Positions 1 through 8,936 of a DNA stretch of 26,917 bases are shown here, one piece after another (within the stretch, counting starts at the first letter, position 1; the number at the start of each line of letters is the position of its first letter). A model generated the notes under the pieces. The model was given only the letters and a program-made list of their open reading frames with translations, did no database searches and was not told the origin of the DNA. Source of the DNA: Candidatus Nanohaloarchaea archaeon (GTDB lineage Archaea > Nanohalarchaeota > Nanosalinia > Nanosalinales > Nanosalinaceae); contig JBLGBN010000012.1 of assembly GCA_047617745.1 (NCBI GenBank), positions 1 to 26,917 of the forward strand. The letters run 5' to 3'. The position numbers and the translations under genes are program-made.

Positions 1-7
1 AAAAAAC

Positions 8-1678
8 TTACTGCCCGTCGTACAGGTTCTCGACTTTTTCAAGTGAATCGGCTTCCTCTTTGTCATCTCGGAACTGCTTCATCCTAGGGAATCTTAATGC
101 GTATCCGGAATCATAGTTCGGCGATTTCTGAATCTCCTCGTACTCCGCTTCGATGATTACTTCAGATTTCACTTTGACATCTCTTCCATTTTCCTCGATG
201 ATCAGAGGCTTCAGCTTCTCGGTGATCTCCTCAAGCTGTTCATCGGTTAAGCCGGTGGCCATCCTTCCGACCATCTTGTATTCCTGGCTGTCTTCATCCC
301 AGCACCCAAGTTTCAGGCGGGAGAGCCAGTTGCTTCTCCTGCCTTCTCCCCATTTCGCGCCGATTATAGCGAGGTCCAGGGTTTCCATCACAGGTTTCAG
401 CTTCACCATATATCCAACCCTGTTACCTGGCTTGTACTCTGCGTCAAGAGACTTCATCATGATGCCTTCATGACCGTCAGAAAGACTTTTCTGCTGGAGC
501 TCCTGTACTTTCTCAGATTTATCTGTGACATCGTGATCTGCCATCCTGATCTTGTGTTTGTCTTCTTCAACTATCATTTCCAGTCTCTCCCACCGCTTCT
601 GGTACGGGGTATTAAGCTTTGAACCGTCTTCGTAGATCAGGTCGAAAGGTCTTACCTCGACAGGAATATCTTTTTTCAGCTTCTGGATATCGTATTTTCT
701 CTTAATCCTCTTCGATAATTTCTGGAAGGGTATAGTGGAGCCGTCTTCAGGGTCGTATGCCACTATTTCTGCATCCACAATGCATTTTTCTGTATCCACG
801 TTTTCTCTGAAGGTTTTTTTCACATCCGGGAACTGCTCTGTGACGTCCTCCAGTCGCCGAGTGAAAACCTTGACATCATCTCCTTTCTTGTGTATTTGGG
901 CTCTCATACCGTCGTACTTGTAGTCTATAGCTGCAGGTTCTCCGACTTCCTCGAAGCCTTCCTCTATTGTGTCGACTTTCTTGGCGAGCATTGAGTTGAT
1001 CGGCCGGAAGAGCTCGATCTCCAGTTTTTCCAGTTCCTCCACTCCTTTTTTGCATGCCCTGGCTACCTCTGTGAAGTCGTTGGTCAGGTCGTAGGCTCTC
1101 TGTATTTCCTCGGCGTGTTCCCCGTCGAAGAATGCTTCCGCCAGAGCATCCCGAATTATGCCTTCCCCTACTCCCAGTCTCAGGGTCTGTAAAATAACTC
1201 GAGTGATGTATTTCGCCTCTATCGGGTCTGCGGAGGAGATCAGTTCGGCGAGCTGTTTCTTCTTCTTGTCTTGGCTGACTGATTCTGAGAGACCTTCTTT
1301 TTCCATTTTGGCGACTTTCTCCAGTTTCTCCATCAGTCTTTCGACGGTTACCGTTTTTGTCATTAACTGCTGTTGAGTCTTTTTCTCCACCATTTTCTCC
1401 GCGGCAGTGCCGAGGTCGCCTTCTTCTTTCCAAGCTTCTTCGATCTCTTCCTCGCTTCTACCTGTCGATTCCTTGATTATTTCTACCATCATGTTGCTGG
1501 ATATCCCAAGATCGAGGTTCTGCCAGTCCGGGAACGGCCTGCCCATGCAGAGTAGAACAAGGTCTTCCAGCTGGCCGGGGTTTTCCCTGAAGAAATCTGC
1601 CAGGATTGTGGTTTTCTCCAGTGTTGACTGCGTCGAGCCTAACTCCTGGTAAACCGGTACGAGTTTTGAGAATTTCAT
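8..1678 (-). CDS. lig: ATP-dependent DNA ligase (archaeal type)
   Basis: 556 aa. Motif I KYDG (DYKYDGMRAQIH), III DAEIV, IIIa FDLIY, IV EGIMMK, V VKLKP and VI LRFPR are present, plus the N-terminal DNA-binding domain (GDLG, LRLGVGEG). Confidence 0.97.
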   Translation of the reverse strand: MKFSKLVPVYQELGSTQSTLEKTTILADFFRENPGQLEDLVLLCMGRPFPDWQNLDLGISSNMMVEIIKESTGRSEEEIEEAWKEEGDLGTAAEKMVEKKTQQQLMTKTVTVERLMEKLEKVAKMEKEGLSESVSQDKKKKQLAELISSADPIEAKYITRVILQTLRLGVGEGIIRDALAEAFFDGEHAEEIQRAYDLTNDFTEVARACKKGVEELEKLEIELFRPINSMLAKKVDTIEEGFEEVGEPAAIDYKYDGMRAQIHKKGDDVKVFTRRLEDVTEQFPDVKKTFRENVDTEKCIVDAEIVAYDPEDGSTIPFQKLSKRIKRKYDIQKLKKDIPVEVRPFDLIYEDGSKLNTPYQKRWERLEMIVEEDKHKIRMADHDVTDKSEKVQELQQKSLSDGHEGIMMKSLDAEYKPGNRVGYMVKLKPVMETLDLAIIGAKWGEGRRSNWLSRLKLGCWDEDSQEYKMVGRMATGLTDEQLEEITEKLKPLIIEENGRDVKVKSEVIIEAEYEEIQKSPNYDSGYALRFPRMKQFRDDKEEADSLEKVENLYDGQ

Positions 1679-1732
1679 ATCTGGTTTTTGGTCATCAAAG
1701 GTTTAAACACTGAGTGCGGATTACTCTGTATA

Positions 1733-2377
1733 ATGTCAGTTTTCGAACTCGTTCAGGACCTTAAATCCTTTCGCTCGTGTAAAGATGAAGTAATACCTAG
1801 GAAGAAGATGGGTAAGATTCTGGAGGCTGGGAGACAGGCGCCTTCGCCTAAAAATGTACAGAGCCTGGAGTTTATAGTTGTTGAAGACGACCAGAAACTG
1901 GAGTTTATGGATGAGGCCAGCGGCGACAGCAGGGTTTCAGAGGCTCCGACTGCGGTTGTGCTTGTTGCGGATATCGACCGGATGGCCCGGCACGTTGGTA
2001 ACCATTTCGCCCGTGAAGCTTCTAATTCGGAGGCGGCGATCGCGGCTCAGAACATGCGTCTAGTAGCTAAAGAGGAAGGTATAGGTTCCTGCTGGATCGG
2101 TGGTTTCGATGAGGATGTGGTTGCCGACCAGCTAGATGTTCCCTCCGGAAAGCAGCCGCTCGGTATTCTGCTGTTTGGCTACACTGATAACGAGATTGAA
2201 CGAGATCCGAAGTTCGGTCTGAACTCTGTCTGTTTCTATGATTCTTATGATAATCAGATTGACAGCGTGTTTGACGGTCTGGAATGGAAGGGTCTCAGGG
2301 AAAACCGCGAGGTTTACGGGAAAAAGGCTGAGGGATTAGTCAGTAAACTGAAGCAGAAGGCAAGGAGTATTTTATAA
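1733..2377 (+). CDS. Nitroreductase family protein
   Basis: Motifs ILEAGRQAPSPKNVQ, AAIAAQNMRLVAKEEGIGSCWIGGFDE and LLFGY. Start moved from the track's 1688 to ATG 1733 (MSVFELV), which matches the usual family N-terminus and lies about 30 nt after TTTAAA. Confidence 0.9.
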   Translation: MSVFELVQDLKSFRSCKDEVIPRKKMGKILEAGRQAPSPKNVQSLEFIVVEDDQKLEFMDEASGDSRVSEAPTAVVLVADIDRMARHVGNHFAREASNSEAAIAAQNMRLVAKEEGIGSCWIGGFDEDVVADQLDVPSGKQPLGILLFGYTDNEIERDPKFGLNSVCFYDSYDNQIDSVFDGLEWKGLRENREVYGKKAEGLVSKLKQKARSIL

Positions 2378-2452
2378 ATCTTCACTTCTAATTAATTATT
2401 ACTCGTTAATGATAAACATTTAGCTTGCGAGTGGTAAAAAAGCCGGATAAGG

Positions 2453-2459
2453 TTTATAA
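2453..2459 (+). promoter_or_regulatory. Putative TATA box of the trmB-like gene
   Basis: TTTATAA with purine-rich upstream sequence, about 43 nt before ATG 2502. SD-like GGTG lies just before the A-run preceding the ATG. Confidence 0.55.
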
Positions 2460-2501
2460 CTACTCGTAAAGAATGGTTTCACAGACACGGTGTAACAAAA
2501 A

Positions 2502-3359
2502 ATGGTTGCAAGTCAAGAGACTCTGGACAAGCTGGAAGATATAGGACTGAATATGTACGAAAGAAAGATCTACTCTGCACTTATCAGCAGAGGAGTTTCG
2601 ACTGCTGGAGAGCTGTCAGAGATGACAAATGTTCCGCGGTCAAGAGCTTACGACGTACTTGAGTCTCTTGCAGAAAAAGGATTCGCCGTGATCAAATCTT
2701 CTCAGCCAATGGAATACGTGGCAATCCCTCCAGAGCAGGCAATTGAAAACATCAAGAGCCAGCACAGGAGAGAACTTGAAGAGAAACTCGACAAACTAGA
2801 TAGTTTCAAGGATTCTGAAGCAGTAGACGAGCTGGAAAGCCTCTACGATCAGGGCCTTGAGCTCGTTGAGCCTGAAGAAATGTCAGGATCCCTCAAAGGA
2901 TCACACCAGATCAACCAGCATATGGGAACAATGTTCCAGGACGCTGAAGAGAGTATTAAAATTGTAACTTCAGAAGAAGGTCTCAACGATCTTCATGAGA
3001 ACCATTCAGATCTTCTCAAGAGTGCAAGAGAGAACGGAGTTAACGTTCAGGTTCTTGCACCGGTAACAGATAATAACAGAGAGGCTTTCGAGGAGATGAA
3101 AGAGTTCTCCGATGTCAGACACCTTCAGGGCAACGATTTCGACGTTCCAGAAGGACGGTTCGCAATAATCGATAACGACGCTCTTACAATGTCAATGACA
3201 CACGACGAAGTCCATGATACCCAGGATACCGCTTTCTGGACGAAGAGCGATCACATGGCGGAGCAGACTATGGAGCCTGTGTTTGACATGCTCTGGCAAC
3301 ACTCCGATGAAGAGCCGGATAATCCCGGGAAGAAAGGTCCCGAGGGCCCAGGAGAGTAA
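2502..3359 (+). CDS. TrmB family transcriptional regulator
   Basis: N-terminal winged HTH (GLNMYERKIYSALISRGVSTAGELSEMTNVPRSRAYDVLESLAEKGF...Y.AIPP), a coiled coil, then a PLD-like effector domain (AEESIKIV...GVNVQVL...RFAIID). Confidence 0.92.
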   Translation: MVASQETLDKLEDIGLNMYERKIYSALISRGVSTAGELSEMTNVPRSRAYDVLESLAEKGFAVIKSSQPMEYVAIPPEQAIENIKSQHRRELEEKLDKLDSFKDSEAVDELESLYDQGLELVEPEEMSGSLKGSHQINQHMGTMFQDAEESIKIVTSEEGLNDLHENHSDLLKSARENGVNVQVLAPVTDNNREAFEEMKEFSDVRHLQGNDFDVPEGRFAIIDNDALTMSMTHDEVHDTQDTAFWTKSDHMAEQTMEPVFDMLWQHSDEEPDNPGKKGPEGPGE

Positions 3360-3423
3360 ATAACTCTCATTTCAGTTTCCTAATTTCTCTTGTTCAAATA
3401 AATTATTCTAATGGTTCTTCTAA

Positions 3424-4293
3424 CTATCTCCAACTTGCCTCTATAACGTTAGAGTTTCCTAGAATACTGGCAAGATTGGAGTTTGCGTTCAGCAAGGATA
3501 ACAGGCTAAGATCTGACTCTATCTCGATAGTCTCTGTTCTCAGCTCGGTTCCTGTCAGGTTTTCTGCTTCTCTTATAGCTACCTGTCTTCCGCCTAAAGT
3601 ATCAACCAGTCCAAGTTCCTTTGCCTCAGTTCCTAGAAAGATCTCACCGGTTCTAACTTCTTCAACCTGGCTCTGGTTGAGATTTCTCTCACTCTTTACA
3701 TCGGCTACAAATTCTCTGTGGATTATATCTGTTTTCTCTTGTAGAACCTCTCTTTCCTGATCTGTAATGTTTTTATAGGGAGATCCTGCATCTTTCAAGC
3801 TCCCGGAAGTAATATTCACGTATTCGATCCCAAGTTCGTCCATCAGCCCGGAAAACTCCATGTAAGAACTTTTGACACCGATGCTTCCTGTGATAGAAGC
3901 TGAATCGGCTACAATTCTGTCGCATCCGAGCGAGGCTAGGTAGGCGCCGGAAGCCGCAGCATCTCTAAACCGGCAGACAGTTTTCATATCTAGAGATTCA
4001 ATCTCGCGGCGGATATCTTTTGATGCGACTACCGCGCCACCGCCTGAGTTCCATTCGTAGATTACAACTGAGGCGCCACTGTTACGGGCTTTCGAGTTGA
4101 GTTCTCTAACTCTTGAAGGAGTGATTGATTGAGGGTTAAACGAATCACTTGTTGAAGTTATAGCTCCATCAAGAGGTATTATTGCAGCTTTCTGCTGACC
4201 TGTAAAACTGTTTCCGCCGCTGGCTGCGAGTAGTGATGTTAAAATGGTTGCTGCTACGAGAACTCCTGCGCCAGCGAAAAAGTATTTATCCAT
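3424..4293 (-). CDS. sppA: Signal peptide peptidase SppA (S49 family)
   Basis: N-terminal TM helix; motifs NSGGG, AASGAYLA (catalytic Ser), TGSIGV, SGSLKDAG (catalytic Lys) and GEIFLGTEAKELGLVD. Confidence 0.93.
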   Translation of the reverse strand: MDKYFFAGAGVLVAATILTSLLAASGGNSFTGQQKAAIIPLDGAITSTSDSFNPQSITPSRVRELNSKARNSGASVVIYEWNSGGGAVVASKDIRREIESLDMKTVCRFRDAAASGAYLASLGCDRIVADSASITGSIGVKSSYMEFSGLMDELGIEYVNITSGSLKDAGSPYKNITDQEREVLQEKTDIIHREFVADVKSERNLNQSQVEEVRTGEIFLGTEAKELGLVDTLGGRQVAIREAENLTGTELRTETIEIESDLSLLSLLNANSNLASILGNSNVIEASWR

Positions 4294-4347
4294 ACTATAT
4301 ACTGGGGATGGTTCTTCTTTTTAACTTTTCACTGGAATCGATCATAC

Positions 4348-5928
4348 ATGTCAGCGCTGAAGAAAATCTCACGAACTATAATCGAAGAAATAGAGAACGA
4401 TGAAATAGAATCTAAGGACCGGATAGAATCCCGGAAAAAGGAATTATGCCGGGAAACCGACTTCAACGGTATGCCGAAGAACTCGGATATCCTCAAGTTT
4501 GCAGAGGATGAAGAGAAGAAAGCCAGGCAACTTCTGAAGACAAAGCCGATGCGGACAATCTCCGGTATCGCCAACGTAGCGATCATGGCGAGGCCAGCAC
4601 CCTGTGGCGGAGGATGTATCTACTGTCCGAAAGGAAAGGACGCGCCACAGAGCTATACTGGGAAAGAACCAGCGACACGTAGAGCGATAAGAAACGACTA
4701 CGATCCGTTCGACCAGGTTCACGACAGACTCGGCCAGTACGAGAAAAACGGTCACTCGATCGACAAATCCAAATTAATCATCATGGGAGGAACCTTCCCG
4801 TTCCAGGACCCGGATTACCAGAGAGAGTTCATAAAGAGAGCTTTCGACGGATTGAACACCTATAGAGATGGCGAGGAAGCCGACTCGCTGGAAGAGGCGC
4901 AGATACAGAACGAGACCGCAGAGGTCCGAAATGTTGGGATAACCTTCGAGACAAGACCGGATATCTGTGAGACAGAGCACATTGACAGAATACTTGATCT
5001 GGGAGGTACCCGGACGGAGATGGGTGTGCAGACGGTCTTCGACGAGACCCACGAACTCACGAACAGAGGACACGGCATGGGGCCGGTGATTGAAGCCACT
5101 AAAAGGCTGAAAAATGCTGGTTTCAAGGTTGCATACCATCTGATGCTTGGACTTCCTGGCGAAGGATATGAAGAGGATATTGAGAAGTTCAAGAAAACCT
5201 TCAGCGACTCTGATTTGCAGCCGGACGAAGTCAAGATATACCCCTGTGAAGTTATTCAGGGAACCGAGCTATACAGAAGATACGAAGAAGGAGATTTTGA
5301 GCCTATAGACGATGAGGAAGCCAAGAAGAGACTTAAAGAGGTTCAGGAGAACCACATCCCTCCACACGTCAGAATTAAGAGGGTTATGCGGGACATCCCA
5401 TCGACCGAAGTCGACGCAGGACCGCAGCTAACCAACATGCGACAGATGGCTCTACAGGAACTTCATAAAGAGGGTAAAAGATGCCGCTGTATAAGATGCA
5501 GAGAGGTGGGTCACGTCAAGAGAACACATGATCTAGAGCCACAAGAAGAGAATATTGAGCTGGTTGAACGGGACTACGAGGCTTCCGAAGGGCATGAATA
5601 CTTCCTAAGCTTTGAAGATACTGAAAACGATATTATCTTAGGATTTACACGGCTGAGAGCTCCACCGGAATCATTCAGACCGGAGATTGATGGAGACACT
5701 CTGATTGTCCGACAGCTGAAGGTTATGGGCAGCGCTACAGATATCGGCAGTGAGGGTGATGTCCAGCACCAGGGGTACGGCACAAAGTTGATGAAGGAAG
5801 CCGAGGAAAAAGCCCGAGAGCTTGGAAAGAACAAGGTGGTCGTTATCTCAGCGGTTGGAACTCGGGAATACTACCGGAAATTTGATTATGAAAAAGAAGG
5901 GCCTTACATGGTTAAACAACTGGATTAA
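4348..5928 (+). CDS. elp3: Elp3 tRNA uridine(34) acetyltransferase (radical SAM + GNAT)
   Basis: Motifs KPMRTISG, CGGGCIYCP, PQSYTGKEPA, IMGGTF, ETRPD, KIYP, RVMRDIP, CRCIRCRE, QHQGYG, ISAVGTREYYRK and GPYM. Confidence 0.96.
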   Translation: MSALKKISRTIIEEIENDEIESKDRIESRKKELCRETDFNGMPKNSDILKFAEDEEKKARQLLKTKPMRTISGIANVAIMARPAPCGGGCIYCPKGKDAPQSYTGKEPATRRAIRNDYDPFDQVHDRLGQYEKNGHSIDKSKLIIMGGTFPFQDPDYQREFIKRAFDGLNTYRDGEEADSLEEAQIQNETAEVRNVGITFETRPDICETEHIDRILDLGGTRTEMGVQTVFDETHELTNRGHGMGPVIEATKRLKNAGFKVAYHLMLGLPGEGYEEDIEKFKKTFSDSDLQPDEVKIYPCEVIQGTELYRRYEEGDFEPIDDEEAKKRLKEVQENHIPPHVRIKRVMRDIPSTEVDAGPQLTNMRQMALQELHKEGKRCRCIRCREVGHVKRTHDLEPQEENIELVERDYEASEGHEYFLSFEDTENDIILGFTRLRAPPESFRPEIDGDTLIVRQLKVMGSATDIGSEGDVQHQGYGTKLMKEAEEKARELGKNKVVVISAVGTREYYRKFDYEKEGPYMVKQLD

Positions 5929-7082
5929 TCGATCTCCATCTTCTTGTGCATGCTGTTGAAGTTTTCGTATCCTTCCTCTTTCACCAGAACCATATCCTCG
6001 AATCTTAATCCCCCGACTTCTGGGTTGTAAAGGCCTGGCTCGATTGTCAGCACCATTCCCGGTTTCAGTTCTCCGCCTGAAGGGCCGAGTCTTGGCGGTT
6101 CATGGGCATCAAGCCCTATTGAGTGGCCGACTGAGTGGAGGAAGCCCTGATCTATATCGCCCTGTCTCAGGGTCTGGAAGCCTAGTCCCTCGAAAACCTG
6201 GCAGACAGTATTGTTCATTTCTTCGCCAGTCACGCCTTTTTCTTCAAGAGACTGGAATGCTTTCTTCTGTGCTGATTTAACTGCTTTTTCCATTTCCTTC
6301 AGCTTTTCAGATGCTTCGCCTTTCACAAATGTCCGAGTCATGTCACCGTGATACCCGGAAGGGTGTCGTGGAAAGAGATCGATTATTATCGGTTTATGGG
6401 GTTTTAAAGGACCGGAACCGGTCTGGTGAGGGTCTGAGCTCTGTTTTCCTGATGCCACCACTGTATCCGTCAGTTCAAAGCCCTGATCTAACAGATATTT
6501 GTGGAGCTCGGCCTTCAGTTTCTCCGAGGTCAGAACCTCGCCTTGGTAGTAGATTCTATTGCCTTCTATCTTTGACTCCTCAAGTATTTTCTCTGCCTCC
6601 TGCATTGTTTGCTCGGTTACTTTTTGAGCTTCTCTGAGGTTTTCTATTTCTTCCTCGGTTTTTATCGATCTCTGTTTTTCCACAGGATCTGGAACCGGCT
6701 TAATCTCCAGTCCTTCTTCCCCAAGTCTGTCCGCGGTTCCGCTGCTGAAGTTTTCCGGGACAGCAAGTTTCTCGATACTGTTTTCCTTTAGAAGTTCTTT
6801 CAGTGCTTTGAACTTGGCCTCTTTATCCCTTCTGATATCACCTTCCTCAAATTCTGCGGTGTTAATGACTTCGTCTACCTCTGCTTCTTCCTCTGCACGG
6901 CTGTACTCGATTGGAGGGACCATCAGTACTGATTTTTCCTGGATTCTAAGGTAGTAAACTGGGTCATGGACTTCAAGCTTTGTCAGGTAGTAGAAACTGC
7001 TGTTCTCTGAGTTATCGATTATGAGAAAACCGTCCGCATTTTTCTTTTCAAGCAGATTATCTATTTGTTCTGTTCTCTCCAT
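5925..7082 (-). CDS. Xaa-Pro aminopeptidase/prolidase (M24B)
   Basis: Metal ligands in IIIDLFP, YHGDMTRT, HSVGHSIGLDAHE, TIEPGLY and RFEDMV. Start placed at ATG 7082 (MERTEQID) because the 52-aa extension in the track crosses the upstream gene end and its terminator. Confidence 0.93.
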   Translation of the reverse strand: MERTEQIDNLLEKKNADGFLIIDNSENSSFYYLTKLEVHDPVYYLRIQEKSVLMVPPIEYSRAEEEAEVDEVINTAEFEEGDIRRDKEAKFKALKELLKENSIEKLAVPENFSSGTADRLGEEGLEIKPVPDPVEKQRSIKTEEEIENLREAQKVTEQTMQEAEKILEESKIEGNRIYYQGEVLTSEKLKAELHKYLLDQGFELTDTVVASGKQSSDPHQTGSGPLKPHKPIIIDLFPRHPSGYHGDMTRTFVKGEASEKLKEMEKAVKSAQKKAFQSLEEKGVTGEEMNNTVCQVFEGLGFQTLRQGDIDQGFLHSVGHSIGLDAHEPPRLGPSGGELKPGMVLTIEPGLYNPEVGGLRFEDMVLVKEEGYENFNSMHKKMEID

Positions 7083-7148
7083 ATGTTGAAGTTTGACTTT
7101 TCTGGTCAAAAGCCTTTCTACATGACTGCGTATCTGTTCAACTTGTCT

Positions 7149-7196
7149 AAAAAGAAAAATAATGGTGGTCTCCCCTCCCCTTGGGAAGTACTCACC
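7149..7196 (-). terminator. Putative terminator (hairpin + T tract) after the 93-aa ORF
   Basis: On the minus strand, GGTG..CTTCC-CAAG-GGGAG..CACC is followed by ATTATTTTTCTTTTT. Confidence 0.45.
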
Positions 7197-7204
7197 GATG
7201 AACT

Positions 7205-7486
7205 CTAGTTGGAATGTGTGTTTTTGAGTGTCTGCCACTTGTCTGCGAACTCGTCCTTCATCTGCTCGAGTGCTACTTTCTCCTCGTCGCTCAGTTCGTT
7301 TGACTCTACTATGTTCCTGTAGATCTTGTATGGATGGGTTGGTACATCCTTGTTCATGTTGTCCTCGAATCTTGGCTCGAATTTCTCCCTGTGCTGTTCA
7401 ACCATTTCCTGAAATTCGCCATTATCCTTCAATTCATCGGCGAGCTTTTCCTCAGTACTTTTACCAATGTCCCAAAGGCTCGCCAT
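7205..7486 (-). CDS. Hypothetical small acidic helical protein (93 aa)
   Basis: ATG start, acidic composition and codon style like the genuine genes, own intergenic slot, followed by a terminator-like sequence. No family recognised. Confidence 0.75.
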   Translation of the reverse strand: MASLWDIGKSTEEKLADELKDNGEFQEMVEQHREKFEPRFEDNMNKDVPTHPYKIYRNIVESNELSDEEKVALEQMKDEFADKWQTLKNTHSN

Positions 7487-7639
7487 ATATCTAATCGATG
7501 TCAGTTAACTCTTTTAATCATTGTGGCGCTTTTGGGCATAAAAGCCTGTAGAAAACCTCTCTTTTGTTTTTACTCGTTGATAACAATCCTTTCTGTTTCA
7601 GGGCGTAGAATTATAGGCTGTTCTGTTTAATCTTCCCTC

Positions 7640-8365
7640 ATGGCGGAGCTATTCAAGATACTCAGGAAGAGTTTTAGACTGTTACTACAGGAACCTAGAC
7701 TTTTTGTGCCGAAGATCTTCTCTACGCTTATAGCCTCTCTTTTCCTGGTTTTTCTGGTATCATCGCCTTCATCAATAACCCGGATGAATCCTTTTAACGC
7801 GCTTGCACTGATGTTTGGCTCTCTGTTTGGACTGTCGGTGCTTGGTGTTTATTCGTCTATGATGCTTTCCTCCATGGTTCGGTCTTCGGATCCATCTCTT
7901 TACAGAGGTTTCGTGGATGTACTTGACAGATACTCAAATGTGCTTGCGGCTTCTTTCGGCAGTATTTTTGTAGGATTCGCTATCAGCCTTTTCGTCACGC
8001 TAGGATACTGGCTTTATCTGGCTACCGGCAGTGTAGCATACATCGCTTTCTCGGGGGCTTTCTTCATTTTCACGCTATTGGCTATCAGCTACCTTGGCTA
8101 CTTTCTGCCGGTTACGCTTCTAGTGGAGAATAATTTCAGGGATGCTTTAGGAAGCTCGATGCACACATCTGGAGAAAACCGGACCGTCGTTGTTTCTCTC
8201 CTGCTTTTTTCACTGGCTCTGATTGGGGCGGCTTTCTTCTCTGCAGGATTTCTGGAGAAACTGGGATACGCGGGTTTTGTAGCCGGGAGGCTGGTTTCTT
8301 CAATAGCCAATACCTACATCTTCACGGTTTCCCCAACTTACTACTTTGAGGAATCAGGCACGTAG
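7640..8365 (+). CDS. Hypothetical integral membrane protein (about 6 TM helices)
   Basis: 241 aa with repeated hydrophobic segments. The pattern FLPVTLLVENNFRDALGSSM...GEN resembles generic archaeal 6-TM membrane domains. Confidence 0.8.
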   Translation: MAELFKILRKSFRLLLQEPRLFVPKIFSTLIASLFLVFLVSSPSSITRMNPFNALALMFGSLFGLSVLGVYSSMMLSSMVRSSDPSLYRGFVDVLDRYSNVLAASFGSIFVGFAISLFVTLGYWLYLATGSVAYIAFSGAFFIFTLLAISYLGYFLPVTLLVENNFRDALGSSMHTSGENRTVVVSLLLFSLALIGAAFFSAGFLEKLGYAGFVAGRLVSSIANTYIFTVSPTYYFEESGT

Positions 8366-8923
8366 AGTTTCAAGCAGTTCCTCGGCTGCTGCCTCTGCCT
8401 TTCCATCTCTGTTCTCAATAACCTTGAGGTATGCGCCTGTCAGCACTGCACCTGTGGAAGCCATTTCACGGGCTACCTGCTGGTATTCCTTGATCTGCTC
8501 GACTTCGGAGTGCTCTCTGTCTCGGGAATCATCCTCCTGGGTTCTACGCCAGATTGCTTCAGGAGAAGCCCTAAGCATTATAATTTTCTCAGGTTCCAGG
8601 TTCTCGACGGTCCACTTGGGAAGGCCGGGGATGTAACCGAAAGGTGTCTGTATAGCTGCGTGCGTCTCAACTATTACGTCATTATCCTTTGATTCTCCGA
8701 CTATATCCTTGGCGGCCTGTTTCTGAATCCTCTTATTTGTATCAGGGTCCAGTTCCTTTAATTCGTCCCTGATCTCGACAAGTCCTTCGCTTTTAGCTGT
8801 CTCCAGCATTCTATCTCCGTAGTTAATGAGTTTGTAATCTTTGTCCGAAAGAAGCATGGTCTGCTCAAGTACTGTTCCCTTGCCTACTCCGGAAAGTCCG
8901 ATGATTATATTGACTTCTCCCAT
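8354..8923 (-). CDS. adkA: Archaeal adenylate kinase
   Basis: P-loop GLSGVGKGT and archaeal AdkA signatures INYGDRM, RDELKEL, VETHAAIQTPFGYIPGLP and RR..DDSRDRE. Confidence 0.93.
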   Translation of the reverse strand: MGEVNIIIGLSGVGKGTVLEQTMLLSDKDYKLINYGDRMLETAKSEGLVEIRDELKELDPDTNKRIQKQAAKDIVGESKDNDVIVETHAAIQTPFGYIPGLPKWTVENLEPEKIIMLRASPEAIWRRTQEDDSRDREHSEVEQIKEYQQVAREMASTGAVLTGAYLKVIENRDGKAEAAAEELLETLRA

Positions 8924-8936
8924 AGTATTCTACCTG

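Noticed and set aside
876..1433. 185-aa Arg-rich ORF inside lig, and the many similar shadow ORFs across the window
   Set aside because: They are off-frame or antisense by-products of GAA/GAG-rich codons in real genes.
2473..2544. Upstream ATG ORF overlapping the trmB start in the -1 frame
   Set aside because: The ATG is only 13 nt after the TATA box, so it is probably upstream of the transcription start, and it has no SD or cassette motif.
7083..7238. 52-aa N-terminal extension of the M24 peptidase
   Set aside because: It runs through the end of the upstream gene, a terminator-like hairpin and promoter-like DNA; ATG 7082 is more plausible.
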